A stretch of DNA of 63,968 nucleotides, counting the filler, from Blastocystis sp. subtype 4 (Eukaryota): the NCBI RefSeq assembly GCF_000743755.1. It is 3 parts of 3 records of this genome, joined end to end, with 100 filler letters (N's around TTAATTAATTAA, not from the genome) between each part and the next. Parts side by side here need not be neighbours in the genome. Positions count along the whole stretch, not along the records: positions 23,052 to 45,995 come from NW_014569371.1; positions 46,096 to 63,968 come from NW_014569324.1; 1 more part is not named here. One strand, written 5' to 3'. Under the pieces are notes generated by a model, which did no database searches, was not told where the DNA came from, and worked only from the letters and a program-made list of their open reading frames with translations. How positions within the stretch are numbered: the stretch's first letter is position 1; each line of letters begins with the position of its first letter. Shown piece by piece: positions 40,200-52,800 of this stretch. The position numbers and the translations under genes were made by a program.

Positions 40200-41673
40200 T
40201 TAGTCTTTAAATACTACACAACAGACACGATTATAATAATCCTCCGTAGAGTGAAAATATGAATCTAACGAATTCTTAAACATGTCCTGATCTCTACACC
40301 TCACTCTTGTTTCCCTTTCCTACCGAATTAGTTCCAAATCCTCTCGATAAAGAACAGATAACTGTCGTTTGATCTATACTTTATCCATCCAGTTCGAATC
40401 TCACGAATAAGCGATATTCCTTCGAATCAATATTGCTATATCGATGATGAAGCAAAATATTGTAACATTTCTGTAATTGGACAGAATTGATCCCAAGAGA
40501 ACAACGAATTCGCTCTATATCATCCTTTGTAAACTCCTTAATCCCTTCAGACATCAAGTAGGATAGCATAATCACATTGGACTTTAAGATACGACAATCA
40601 ACAACATCACGAACAAACGTAAACTCTTCACAAGGATCCTCCACAGTGAACATGTAGTAATTACAGCATCCTGATTGATTCTCTTCCGAAGGATATGAAT
40701 TGGGAAGATATTGTGAAGGCGACGTGTGCATCAGAATTCGATAAATCACATCAAAAATATGAGCTGAATGACCCTGCTTTTGATAACAAGGAAGAATGAG
40801 AATCTGACAAAGACGAAGGGAATAGCAAGGACTTGTGAATGGATTTGTGAAGACATAGAGAAAACAGTATCCAACTAAGATCCAGTGATCATTTGTGGTG
40901 GTATACAGAGTGAGAATCAACCAGCGATGTTGGGAATCGGGAACAACTACAATTTCGCTTGCTCCATCAATAAACCAATATCCTAAAGATTGAATATTAT
41001 TAAAGAACTGAACAGATTCAGGAGAAGTGAGAGTAGATCTAACCAGTCACAATTCCACAGAATATCAACAAGAAAATGTTAAATTCCTTTTCCTGATACA
41101 TATAGGAATCAAGAAGGACTCCAGAAGGCTTGAAATCAGTTTCACTTTGGAAAATGCGTTCTATGAATATAGTACGATTTATATTTGCATTTGGAGCAAC
41201 CCACTTTCGTACCTTACGTATTAACTTCTTCTTTTCTACAAGTGAGGATAAGAAGTAACTGCTACCCTCTGCTACAGAATCACATGTCACATATACACAC
41301 ATCTGCAATTGAAAACTCTCAAAGAAGCTACATCACCAGTTGATGGGTTAAAATAGATGTCCACATGAGGATTCTGGACTCCAGTGATCTTTTCATTCTC
41401 AAATATTTGATGAGTCATTCCAGGTTTGAACTCTGGACACAATTGCACCAATCGTTTTGTCCCATTCTCCAATTCAATTACTGTCACTACAATATCAAAC
41501 CCGATACAAAGAATCACCTTGATGGAATACAACACATTCATTCGCATCCACTTCTGTTTCATCATCCAAGGAATGGATCGTCATGTCTTCAGTCGTTTGT
41601 TCCGTTTCTATCTATCACAATCACAATCCCACATTCAACCATCAATTCTTCGTTTCTTAGCATCACCCTCCAT
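40200..41673 (-). CDS. HAT1: histone acetyltransferase type B catalytic subunit
   Basis: FKPGMTHQIFENEKITG, YWFIDGASEI, RLCQILILPCYQKQGHS and FTVEDPCEEFTFVRDVVD. Confidence 0.88.
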
Positions 41674-41727
41674 CTCGTAAGAATCTTTTTCGGTTTTCAT
41701 CAACTTGTCTTCCCCAACAAACAAATG

Positions 41728-42261
41728 ATTGAATTTCATGGACTAATTGACGGCTAACAACATCCCCTCGACTACCCAAATTGCGATTACAAAGGGGACA
41801 GACATGGTGTACACTGACGCGGAAAACAGTAAAACCGATTATTGCTGTCACAACAAATAGTGTGACAAATCCAGTAATAATAATAGGTTTCTCGTCATGG
41901 AACTCATCGAGAAGATACAGGAAGAGCAACAGCAAAACAAATAACAGAACTGATGATATGGCTCTACAATTTACCGTTTATACAACTCCTACAGTGCCTT
42001 TCGACGACCTTGCAGATTTGAAATTACATTTCTCTGACATGTTTGACAGTATATCGTTGTAGGACGATCGCGAAGAATCAGCTTCACATCTTGGTACGTT
42101 CCACGTCGTGGTTTTGGAACAGTATTCAAAGGGACAGTTCGGGGTACAGAAATGACATTCTTTTCGGGATCCGCCAATTTTGGAAATAGAGAAGAAGAAT
42201 CAGAAACAGGCTTGTTTTCAGGATGAAACGGACCCGCTGGATAGACTGGAGATGGATTCAT
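41728..42261 (-). CDS. LITAF-like zinc-ribbon membrane protein
   Basis: Pro-rich N-terminus, PTTIYCQTC, hydrophobic segment and HVCPLCNRNLG. The stop is predicted from T41728 plus poly(A). Confidence 0.75.
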
Positions 42262-42496
42262 TGAAAGGATTTAATACAAAACCAGTCGTACACGAAAAGA
42301 AGACACGATCATAACAAAACGAAGAATCTTCCATTTTCATAGCTTCCTACGATAATTAACTATATGGATTCCTTCGCATCTCGTTGAATACAGAGGTTAC
42401 AGATCCTAATGTACTTGAACGGTACAGTATTGTTAATCAAGGACTACTATACGGTTTCCCTCATTATCTCATCCAGTGTTTCTCTATCTCCTTCCT

Positions 42497-42971
42497 ATGG
42501 ATTCACCAAAATCGGAACATCGAGGTAGGTTTCGAGCGTATAAATGAATTTCAGATGAATTATCATCCGATAGTGATTGTATGTATCGTTGTAATTATCC
42601 GGGCTGTACATACGAAACAAATCGTTCTGCGCATCTGAAACGCCACGAGCGTATCCACACGAATGAAAGACCGTACAAGTGCCCATTTTGTGATTATTGC
42701 GCTTCCCGATCCGATCACCTCAGACGTCACTGCAAAATACATGGAAAGACTCTCGGTACTTCTTCCCGTTTTAGTCGCTCCGTCAACAAGAATAGTCTAT
42801 TAGCGCGACCTGTATCCGTTAGACGGATTCTTCCAGGTCCTATTTGTGTTTCATCTCAGTCCGCACTAGATGAGGGGAGTATGTGAGACCACGTAGAAGT
42901 AACCTGTAGCTCTTATTCTTCTTCAGTTTATACGAAAGTGCAATATGGAGGTTATGAAGGCTTCTGTGTAG
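42497..42971 (+). CDS. C2H2 zinc-finger protein (two fingers)
   Basis: CNYPGC...[33 protein letters not shown] with flanking ~30-nt introns; TGTTTGTT at 43029-43036. Start is uncertain. Confidence 0.8.
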
Positions 42972-43106
42972 TACTTCTATCGCGCATTTCTTGTTCTTTG
43001 AGTTATTCTTCATTCTAGCGCCAAGCATTGTTTGTTCAGAATAATAGTGACTAATTGGAGTGTTCTTGCCCTTGACACCAGAATTACACAAATAACTGTT
43101 CTTTCG

Positions 43107-45011
43107 ATGTTGATTTGCTTCTGGATTATAGTTGGATTCTTGTTATGTTGATATTGGTTCGTTTTCTCATAGTTAGTTATGCCAAGTAGCTCAGTTTGTC
43201 CAGATGGATATGTCAACATCACAATTCGATGGCACACGGTGGATGTGGAGCATAAAGATCGATTTCAATTGGTTGATCCTGAAACAGAACAAGTTATTTA
43301 TGAATCAAGGAGCCCTAGCAACAGTACAATTGAAACGCAATCCACTTGTATTATAAAGACCAAAGATTACCAATACTACCTTTATATGTTGTTTGTGGAT
43401 GATATGTGGATTGATGGTGTCTGGATAGAGATTCTCGGTATCTATGATAATCGAGTCTTCCAGGCTACATATTGGGCTGGTAGAATTAAAGTCTCCCTGT
43501 TGAATCCAATCAACAAGAATGATGAATGGTATACTTCATCTCAATTTAACAGCAATTGGTATCTTATGATATCCGATGATTGGGATACGGTTTCCCACTC
43601 TACGACATCAGGTTCCTCTGCTTTCACATATTATTGTAAATCATTCAATGGATACAAAGACATGGCTGCTTATGAAGTTCAGTTCTATTATCGTCATGGG
43701 ATTGTTGTGTATATTGATGGACTTGAGATCTATCGTGATAACATGGAAGAAGGCCCTGTTCTACCTACAGCCAAACCAATTCATGAATATGAGAGTTATT
43801 CGTATCGTGGTGTGATTCGATCAGGTTGTGAAGTATCTGAAGGAACACATATCATAGCTGTTGAAATCCATCGGATTCGTGCTGATCCTGTTGATTTTGA
43901 TTGTTGGTTAGCTCTCTATCAGAGTAGTTCACCTCAGTCAAAGTTTCTTGTCTATCCAGTTCCTGTGGATGATGTGATAATTAATGGAGTTTCATGCCCA
44001 CAAGCATTTGATTACTGGTATACTTCCTGTGTACTGACTAGTCCATTCTATCCTGATTCAACATTTTTTACGTATAAGATTCGACCTTCTCAAGTTCATT
44101 TGTGGGAATATGGAATGGATGACTTAGATAAGTCTGTCCAGCAAATGAATATTCGACGGTTTCGTTTGTATTCAGATGAAGTAGTTGAATCGTACACTCG
44201 AGTCATATCGACATCTGAACCCTTGGTTGGGTTTGATGCAAAATATCAGTATAACAGTTATTCGGATCATTATGATGTGTACATTACGAAGGTAGGAGGT
44301 ATTCCTTTTCAACTTTGTGATCTTACACCTTATGTCTATGGTCTGACGGATAATTATGGATCGGAGAGACTAGCTTATGAGAGTTATTATAAATTGGAAA
44401 TGAATGTGTATACTGCTATTATGCCATCAAATTGGAGAAATAGAAAATGTGTTGCTGTACCAGATCTTCCTGAAGGATTGAATTTTGATTATTGTGCAAT
44501 TGTTGGAATTCCCGTGGTTCTTCAGTCCAACAATTCCTACACTATTTTTGCATTTGATAATATCACAACAACGTACTATTCTCTTGTTATTTCAGTTATT
44601 GAAAAACAACCAGAAAATGAAAATGATACTTATTGGTGGATAATTGTGGTGATTGTTGGATTGATCATTTGCTGTATTGGAGTTTATTTTTGGATTCTTC
44701 ATAATCAGGAGAAGAAGAAAAAGAAACAGATTATACTTCCTGTGATTCAGCGGTATTCAATGACGGATTTAGGCACAGAAACAGGATACACATCTCCATC
44801 ACAGTTCGTCATGTCAGAGCCAATCATTCCCTCTTTACCATCACCTCAACCTATACCTGCCAGAGAAATTCCTATCACTTCTACCCATCCATCAGAGTAT
44901 TCTCGTCAAAATATTAATGTTCATTCTTCAAAGCGGTATGTGTCAGTACTAGTTAAACCAGTAGCTGATGATCAAGCAGAACCTGTGGTGAATCAACCTT
45001 CTATTCAATAA
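43107..45011 (+). CDS. type I membrane/surface protein, same family as 17931-20651
   Basis: A signal-peptide exon (MLICFWIIVGFLL) joins ORF 43179-45011 via a 30-nt intron. PINKNDEW, GIVVYIDGLEIYR, PDLPEGLNF, TM and Pro/Ser-rich tail. Confidence 0.75.
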
Positions 45012-45139
45012 GCTGTTATCTGTATTGTATTCCTTAACCTTTGTTGCATTATAGTTGATTGTCTTCAGGTGTTGTTTGTTTGATTCAGTTGATAATCAGT
45101 AATAGAAATGATGATTCATACTGATTCAAATGAAAGAGA

Positions 45140-45258
45140 AAAGAACAGCATTGAGACTTCTCAGCGGGTCCCCCACACTGGTACTAACTCAACTCGTAAT
45201 GACTTAGCTTCCTAGATCAGACGGGTTAGGGCGCTTTCCACTAGATATGACCGTTCTT
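45140..45258 (-). rRNA. 5S ribosomal RNA gene
   Basis: 119 nt: AAGAACGGTCATATC...CCCGTCTGATCT...GAAGCTAAG...GTTAGTACCAGTGTGGGGGACC...GAAGTCTCAATGCTGTTCTT. The terminal helix AAGAACGG/CTGTTCTT pairs and a T-run follows. Confidence 0.92.
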
Positions 45259-45605
45259 GTTTTCTTTCTTTCACTAACCCTTTTCAACAACACATTCAGT
45301 TCATCATTCTTGTAACTGATAATAGTCACGGGAATTATTCTGTCACTAGTTATTCATCATATCATTCATTTCTTATTTCCATTTATATCTACACTCTCAT
45401 ATCATATCAGTTCTATTCATATCTCATAATTGATGGAGATCACTATTGTACTCACCCCTTCTCAATCAATTTGTTATCATTTCATTAATTCTCATCCATT
45501 TCTTCATCACTAATTCTTTCATATGATTATTGTTGATTGTAGTATCAATCATCTCATTCTATTCTTCACATTCTGTTTCATTCTTCATTCTACTCTCATT
45601 TATAG

Positions 45606-45995
45606 TTATCCTTTCTTACTCTATTCAACACTAAGAAAACTGGTACTTGGGCTTCTGAAGAGTCATTTGAGATTGTTTCTGGTTCTTCTGTTCTATTCAC
45701 TTCTCCTTTATTCAGTAATTATCAGCAATATGTGTATGAAATCTGTCTGAATGCTTCTTCTAATCATATCTACACTCTTATCATGAAAGATTCAACTTAT
45801 TTTGGATGGAATGGATGGATCTCAATGAATGATATCAATGATAACACTATCTTCAAGAATAGCAAGAGAAATGGTTTAAATGAAGAGAGTTATCAGTTTG
45901 CTCTCTATTCTCCTATCAATAAGAATGATACTTGGAGATACAGTGATAGTTATCATTCTCTCTGGAATACCAATTCATTCAATGATAATCAATGG
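45606..45995 (+). CDS. partial third member of the surface-protein family (truncated by gap)
   Basis: KKTGTWASEESFEI...CLNASSNHIYTLIMKDS...LYSPINKNDTWRYS...WNTNSFNDNQW aligns by eye with the 43107 and 17931 proteins. The 5' exon is unresolved. Confidence 0.6.
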
Positions 45996-46095
45996 NNNNN
46001 NNNNNNNNNNNNNNNNNNNNNNNNNNNNNNNNNNNNNNNTTAATTAATTAANNNNNNNNNNNNNNNNNNNNNNNNNNNNNNNNNNNNNNNNNNNN
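45996..46095. other. assembly gap with artificial TTAATTAATTAA linker
   Basis: 44 N + linker (46040-46051) + 44 N. Confidence 0.97.
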
Positions 46096-46169
46096 TAAAG
46101 GATAAGATGTTGTATATTGCATCAGTATCGGATGATAAAACATGCCAGGTATTCTGTGTAAGAGTGTAA
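46096..46169 (+). CDS. 3' end of a WD40-repeat protein (partial)
   Basis: DKMLYIASVSDDKTCQVFCVRV* resembles a terminal WD40 blade; GGTTTGTT follows. Confidence 0.5.
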
Positions 46170-46213
46170 CAAACAGTTCTTTCATTGGTTTGTTGATTAT
46201 TCAAGTTTAAGAT

Positions 46214-46828
46214 ATGTCGGGTAATCCGGAGATTATCACCTGTAAAACGGCTAAATATAGTGTGAAATGCAAGGCTTCAAGGCCATTCCTTCCACTTCTA
46301 GTAATAATTCTTATCAGTGATAAATAAAAGGAATGGGCATCAAGAATAGCTTCCTATATGCCTTATGACCCTTGTACCGTCTTCATTGTCGAAGGAAAGC
46401 CTGTTACTGTAATAAAGACATTTTAGGTATTAGAATAGGGAGAGGCTACGATAAAGTACCAAGAAGCACCAATTGTGGGTTCTGAGTTTTATGGTAGGTA
46501 AGATGAAAATGAACTGAATTCGAGAAATCGAATCGGGTCTGTTAGAAAATGCGGCAAGTGTGATTGATGATCAGACTACTTGTGTAATGCGATTCTGGAA
46601 ATACTGTAGATAAGAATTTGCCTCAACTAATGTTTAGATGATGCTGATGGTGAATACTACATTAGTAAAGCGATATTCTGGATGTGTCGAAACCAATGCG
46701 ATATATGTCAGGAAAAGGTGAAAAAGGCACTGGAAGAGCAAGAGCAAGAACAATCGAGTTGTTGTAATCACTGTCACTCTTGTAGTGGTAATGGGAATGG
46801 CTGCGAATGTGCCAATTGTTGTCATTAG
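46214..46828 (+). CDS. unknown ~163-aa protein with Cys/His-rich tail (five exons, absent from ORF track)
   Basis: Four 30-32 nt GT-AG introns give one open frame ending SSCCNHCHSCSGNGNGCECANCCH*; TGTTTGTT at 46831-46838. Confidence 0.65.
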
Positions 46829-46994
46829 TTTGTTTGTTTTGATAGGAAAAGGAGATGGTGGTGGAAATTGAACTGCCAAACACAAGAAAGCTGGAATAGT
46901 GAGAACCAACTGTGCCAGATTCAAGCGCTTCGACAGCCGATCTTTTTGCTTTTAGCCATTCATTCAAAAACAAAGCTCGCGCTACATTGGAGTT

Positions 46995-47774
46995 ATGGAT
47001 TCTCTTGGTCTGAACCGCACAAATAGTGACTTTATATCTTCAGGCCAATTGGGAGGCCATGAAGAAGTATCCTGTTTTCGCGATTATACCATTCAGTAAG
47101 GAGTTGGAGTGGTTTCTGAACTTACAGTAACATTGTGGCAACAATCAATATCAATAAGACGGTGAATCTGGAAGATGTGATGAAGAAACTCCGGAATGCC
47201 GAATATAATCCAAAGGTACGCTCTTTCTTTCATATTGATGAGATAGAGATTTGGTGCTCTAATCGTCAGGATCCGTGATCCACGATGCACAGCATTAATA
47301 TTCAAATCTGGAAAGATTGTCCTTGCAGGAACTAAAAGTGAAGAGGAAGTGAAATTGGCGGCAAAGAAGTTCGTTGAAATTCTCTCTGTCTCCACTGATT
47401 GGAATAATTAATCCTAGAAATGCATTGGTAACTTGAAGCAAGATGATACAACACCTCGAATCCACAATATGGTGGCTGTGGGTGATTGCAAGTTTCCCAT
47501 TCGTTTGGAAGGTCTATCGATAGACCATATTGAATTTACAACTGTTTGGTTGTAGCGAATAGTTGATTTGTAGTATGAACCGGAGCTGTTCTCGGGATTG
47601 ATTTATCGAATGAGTGAGCCAAAAGTGGTTCTTCTAATCTTCGTGTCTGGAAAAGTAGTTGTCACTGGAGCTACTGTTCTTGTTGTAATTTTGTCTTACT
47701 TATAGAAACAGTCTGAAATTGAAGATGCATTCAAGAAGATTACACCTCTCCTGCTGAACTGTAGAAAGGTTTAA
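46995..47774 (+). CDS. TBP: TATA-box-binding protein (divergent)
   Basis: Six exons: [59 protein letters not shown] and [33 protein letters not shown]. Confidence 0.92.
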
Positions 47775-47813
47775 TTGCTGTACAATAGAATGGTGACTGT
47801 TCACAAACACATA

Positions 47814-48940
47814 ACAAGTCAGGATTAATGATAATACGACCACATCCAGCACGCTTATGGTTAATAACTTCGATATGTGCCTTATCAGCATCTTTCAGAG
47901 AGTACTCATAGGAAATCAAAGGACGCATCATAGAATGATATGCATCCGCCAATTCATAGAAAAGATTCAGAGCCTCTTGTCTCTGTTGAGCCTATTCGTG
48001 AAAAAGTGTAAACATGAATACAGTTTGGTTGAAGAGCATCACTCCTTTTACAGAAGTACCCTTTTCCATCATAACACGAGGATTGATAGTGACAGGACCA
48101 CGATCACCTATCACAATCACTTCACCTCCCTTATTTAGAACTTCCTACTCATTACAATTAATCCAATAGGGTACCAAGTCTTTCGGAAGATTGATGTTCG
48201 CCAGCATCTCAAAGATCACATCTGGGCCCTTACCGTCGTTAGCATTGTGGACTTGGTCCATATAGTTAGACTGACTTCTGTCTACAACAATATCTACACC
48301 CATTTCCTTGAGTTTTCGTTCAGCATCCGATCGACTGCAAGAAGCAATGATCTTCATATTCTTACACTCACTCTTGACTTCGCGCATACTAAGAAGAATT
48401 TTCAGAAGACTACTTCCAACACCGCCACTCCCACCATGAACAAAGATGCAACTATTTCCAATTGCATGTGCACACTGTAACGCACTAGAAATAAGTAGCA
48501 TTTTCAAAAGATACTATAGAGAAGTGAAATACCCTGTCCCGATACAAGCTCCATCTTTAAAGGTGAAATATTCGGGTAGTCGAAAAAGCTGGTCAGCAGT
48601 AAAAACACCGTGAGTTGCATATGTCCCCGATACAGAACCGCATGAAAACACACGATCCCCTTTCTTAAACTCTGTGACATCCTTCCCTACCAAAAGAACT
48701 TCGCCCCCACAATCAAGACCAGGGACATAGGGACAGGATCGAGACATTGGATGACCGCCTTCACGAATATACGTATCTACCGGATTTACAGCAGCTGCAT
48801 GAATGCGGACAAGAATCTATGAGTGAAGTTACAGAATAAACGAATACTTGTTTGGGAGAAATAGAAGGAACTCCCATCTGTTCCATGTACCGGATGCATT
48901 CCGGACCTCCGTGCCTGATAACTTCAGCGAACTTGTACAT
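47814..48940 (-). CDS. NADPH:quinone oxidoreductase, zeta-crystallin-like (MDR family)
   Basis: AAAVNPVDTYIREG, PYVPGLDCGG, VHGGSGGVG, DVIFEMLANINL and GRIII. The stop is predicted from T47814 plus poly(A). Confidence 0.88.
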
Positions 48941-49062
48941 TGGATCTCAATAATTGTGTTTGACTTCATATCTTGAGATAAATAAGGACTTGGGATCCCT
49001 CATATTATTCCCGTGGTTTTCGACTGTTTCGGATACCTTCGACACTCAATATTTGTGATAGA

Positions 49063-49849
49063 ATGCCCCTTCTGTAGGGATCTACGATAATTTCTGATTA
49101 GATAGCTATTCGCTGATTGCTCGAGGAAAAGTAGTGCTTGCTGAAAAGGAAATGACTCCTGGAAATTTTCCAACGATTGGTCGGGTCCTTCTCAATAAGG
49201 TAAAACCCACAGACACGAAGATGTCGTTTGTATACGATAAGTATATGAGTTCGAGATGGCTTTATCCATAGGTACGTTTTTCATTACATTGTGGACGATG
49301 ATGTTGTTTATATGTGTATGGCAGATATCGATTCCAAGAGACGCATTCCTTTTGCATATTTGAACGATATCAAGAATCGTTTCGAAGAGATGTACGGAGC
49401 TACAATTAAAACAGCCATTGAGAACAATATGAACGAAGAGTTCTCGAAGGTTATGGAGAAGAGAATGGTACGATGTTAAGTATCTTTGTAATTGTGTTCT
49501 AGGAGTTTTACAATAATGATCCTTCTGCCGATACTATCACACATGTTCGTGGTCAGATTAAGGAAGTGAAGGAGGTGATGGTTGACAACATCGGTACAGT
49601 CGATATTATTGTATTACTGTAGATAAAGTTCTGGGACGTGGAGAGAAGCTGGATCAACTTGCTGAAAAGACACGAGATTTAGACCAACAGGCCTTCATCT
49701 TCCATTCTGAAACCCGTAGTCTGAAGAACAGGATGTGGTGGCAGAATGCTCGTGTAACTGCACTGATTGTGGTATTGGTGATCGTAATTCTCCTTATTCT
49801 AATCATTGCTGCTTGCGGTGGATTCTCCTTCAGTCGTTGTCGTAAGTAA
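49063..49849 (+). CDS. VAMP7: VAMP7 longin R-SNARE
   Basis: MPLLYSLIARGKVVLAE, RRIPFAYLNDIKNRF, VKEVMVDNIDKVLGRGEKL, MWWQN and a C-terminal TM. Confidence 0.92.
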
Positions 49850-49890
49850 CTCTGTACTGCGCTTATGTCTTGTTTTCTAACAAACAATTG

Positions 49891-52800
49891 AATCCGAGTC
49901 TTCGTCTCCAAATAGGTCATCTACTTCCTTGGCCACAGTGTCTTCAGCAGATTCACTTTGCTTTGTCTCACTCTTTGGAGCTTCTTCCTTATCCAGATCT
50001 GGCTTGTTAGTAACCTCTTCATTTTCAATACGAGGTCTCTTTTCACCTTCGCTCTCATCATCGGAACTCTCCACAGCTCTCACACGTTTCTTCGGGTTCC
50101 GATCCTGATTGGTTCGAGTAGGTTCACTATCCTCATCTTCACTCTCGCTGTCACCACCAAATACATCCCGATGCATCGTAGCCACCTCTTCATCACTCAT
50201 CTCTCCATTATCATCCGTATCACTACTGCTGCTCTCCACAATCTCATCTTCCTCCACATGATTCGCATGTGCTCGCGACGCACGCACACCATGGGACTTC
50301 GAAGCTCGAGTCCTGCGTCCTTCTTCCCGTGGAACTTCTGTAGCACTGATGGCCTGTAGCGATAATGCCAAACGACGCTTCTCTTCAGCGACCATCTGCT
50401 CGATTCTTTGTGCCTGTTCACGCTTCTCACGCTCTGCCTGAAGTCCTTCTTGTCGTTGCTTCTCCAACAGCTTCTGTTTATCCACAGAAGTCTGGGTGGC
50501 TTTTTCCTGGATATCTTGGAGCTCCTTATCCAATGTTCTCTGCTGTTCACGCTGGTCCCATAGACTCTTGCATCTCACCAGTTGCTGCTCAATTCGTGTA
50601 CTCTCCACACTATGTATCACTCGATACCTCAAGACTTACATCCCATTATTCTGCAGCTGCATGTCACTTAAGCCACTAATAGCTTCCTGAAGTGATGCTT
50701 CGGCTTGGGTAAGTTCTCCTGGCTTACGTTGACTGCGCATCTGGCAGCCCTTCGTATCTCGAATACCGCCACAGCAGGTAAATCTCTGAGTTATTGAATC
50801 AAAGTTCTGGGTGTGATAATACAAGACCTTCTTGAAGAGTGTCTCAGCATGATCAGCATGACACACAGCCAGATCATAACGAATCTGTTCATTCTAGAAT
50901 TAAGATCGATTCATACTTCTACAGAAGGATCCATCTGCTGAGCACGTGTCAACACTTCCAGAGCCTCTTTATGATTGCCTCCACGCATCAATGCTAATGC
51001 AAGACACAAGTATAAGTTGACATCATGTTGACCTGTTTCAAGATGCAGAGCTGTTTCATAGAGACCAGTAGCATCATGATACCGTTGATCCAGTAAATAC
51101 ATATGGGCCACATTCACACAACAAGCTGAATAGGTTAATGCACTCTCACGAACCTTCTTAAAGACTTGCATAGCTGCTTGTTGCTTTCCTGTACGTTGTA
51201 AAATAAGACCACAGCCATTCGCCAGATATACATTACACGGATTCTTTCGAAGAGAGCGTTGTATCATCTCAGAAGCAACACGGAAGTAATTGTGAGGGTC
51301 ATCAGTACGAGAGATCTGTAAGTAGATGTTGGATAGTAGAAGATTGAGGTATAAATCATGTTGACGAGAACGTGAGAGATACGAACGAGTAATTATCGAC
51401 ACAGCCTCTTCAGGACGATTCTTTTGAGCAAGGGTGTGTGCAAGGAGACATAGACAGTCGGTATAGCAACTCGTCACATACGTAAGTAGTGTCTGAGATT
51501 CCTTTAAAAACTAATGATAATGAATTCATATCACATGTACTCCTGCATTCAATTGACTCTCAAGATCTGAACATAAACATTTTAATCGTGATACAGCTTC
51601 ATCTAATTGCTTGTGACGAATCATCTGCTTCACCAATCGCAACTCACATTCATAGTACTGAGGAACTTCTCGTTGAATTGCTTCCCACACTTGTTTCGCC
51701 TCTTCCTCACGACCCTTCTCATCAAGAATTACTGCATAATTGTATATAAGAGTCACGTTGATAGCTTCATGTAACACGGTACTCCACTCATCTGGAGTCA
51801 GATCCAACACCGAACGGTTCTCCAGACTCACATGAACTTCTCCACAACTCAATCGCAGTGCCTCGTCCACAGCTACAAGAGCATCATCCTTCGCATGCAG
51901 AGCCAGACGCAATACAGCAATATTATTCCAGAGAAGTGGAGAGGTCGCTAGTGGAGTACCAGCAGCCAGCTTCACACAAGACTCATACAACACACGAGCC
52001 TTCTGCAGATCAGTAGCCACTTGAAAATTGCCTTGTAGCAACTGTGCTTTCAACAGTTGTGTGTTAAGATAGGTTCGAGGCGATACCTGATCAGGATGCT
52101 ACGGTAAAAAATACTGTTTACTCCTACCTCAGGTAACGAAGCTACAGTTCCCAAAGCCTTCGTCCAATCATTACTCTTAAATTGAAGATATGCAGCCAGG
52201 AATGTGATTTCATGGCTGGTTCCACCATACTGAGTACAAGAGGACAGATATGAACGTGCTTGATTCCTAAGATCCTCCTTCTCCTTCTTCGTTTTGCTAA
52301 CAGAAGAGAAATGAATTGAACTATATTGTAAGAAAAACCATATTTAAATACACTTGAGCCATTTCATACTGAGCTAGGATATTCCGTTTATTTGCTCGTA
52401 ATGCCTTCTCGTACATTTCTCGTGCTTTGTTCCAGTTCCCATTGACATGATAACAACGTCCTGCCAACTCCATTGCCTCAGAACGAACAGATGACATGTT
52501 AGCATGTCTTATACTCTCCAGAGCATATTCCAAGCTCTTATCTGTATCGCGTACTTGAAGCTCAGCACTATCAACATCTTCACCCATATATGGACTAGCG
52601 AGAACAATCATATGCTCTTCCACTGCATCACGACTTGCTTTCACATGACACACCACTCCATTAATCCGAAGAGGATGAGCAGGACGCACCAAACCACTGC
52701 AATCTCCTGATACTACAATACGGTCACTACCTCGCTGAACGCGGACTGTCACATCTGGAACAGAAATCCAGCTCCAGAAGTGGTGGTCTGCGATGTAATT

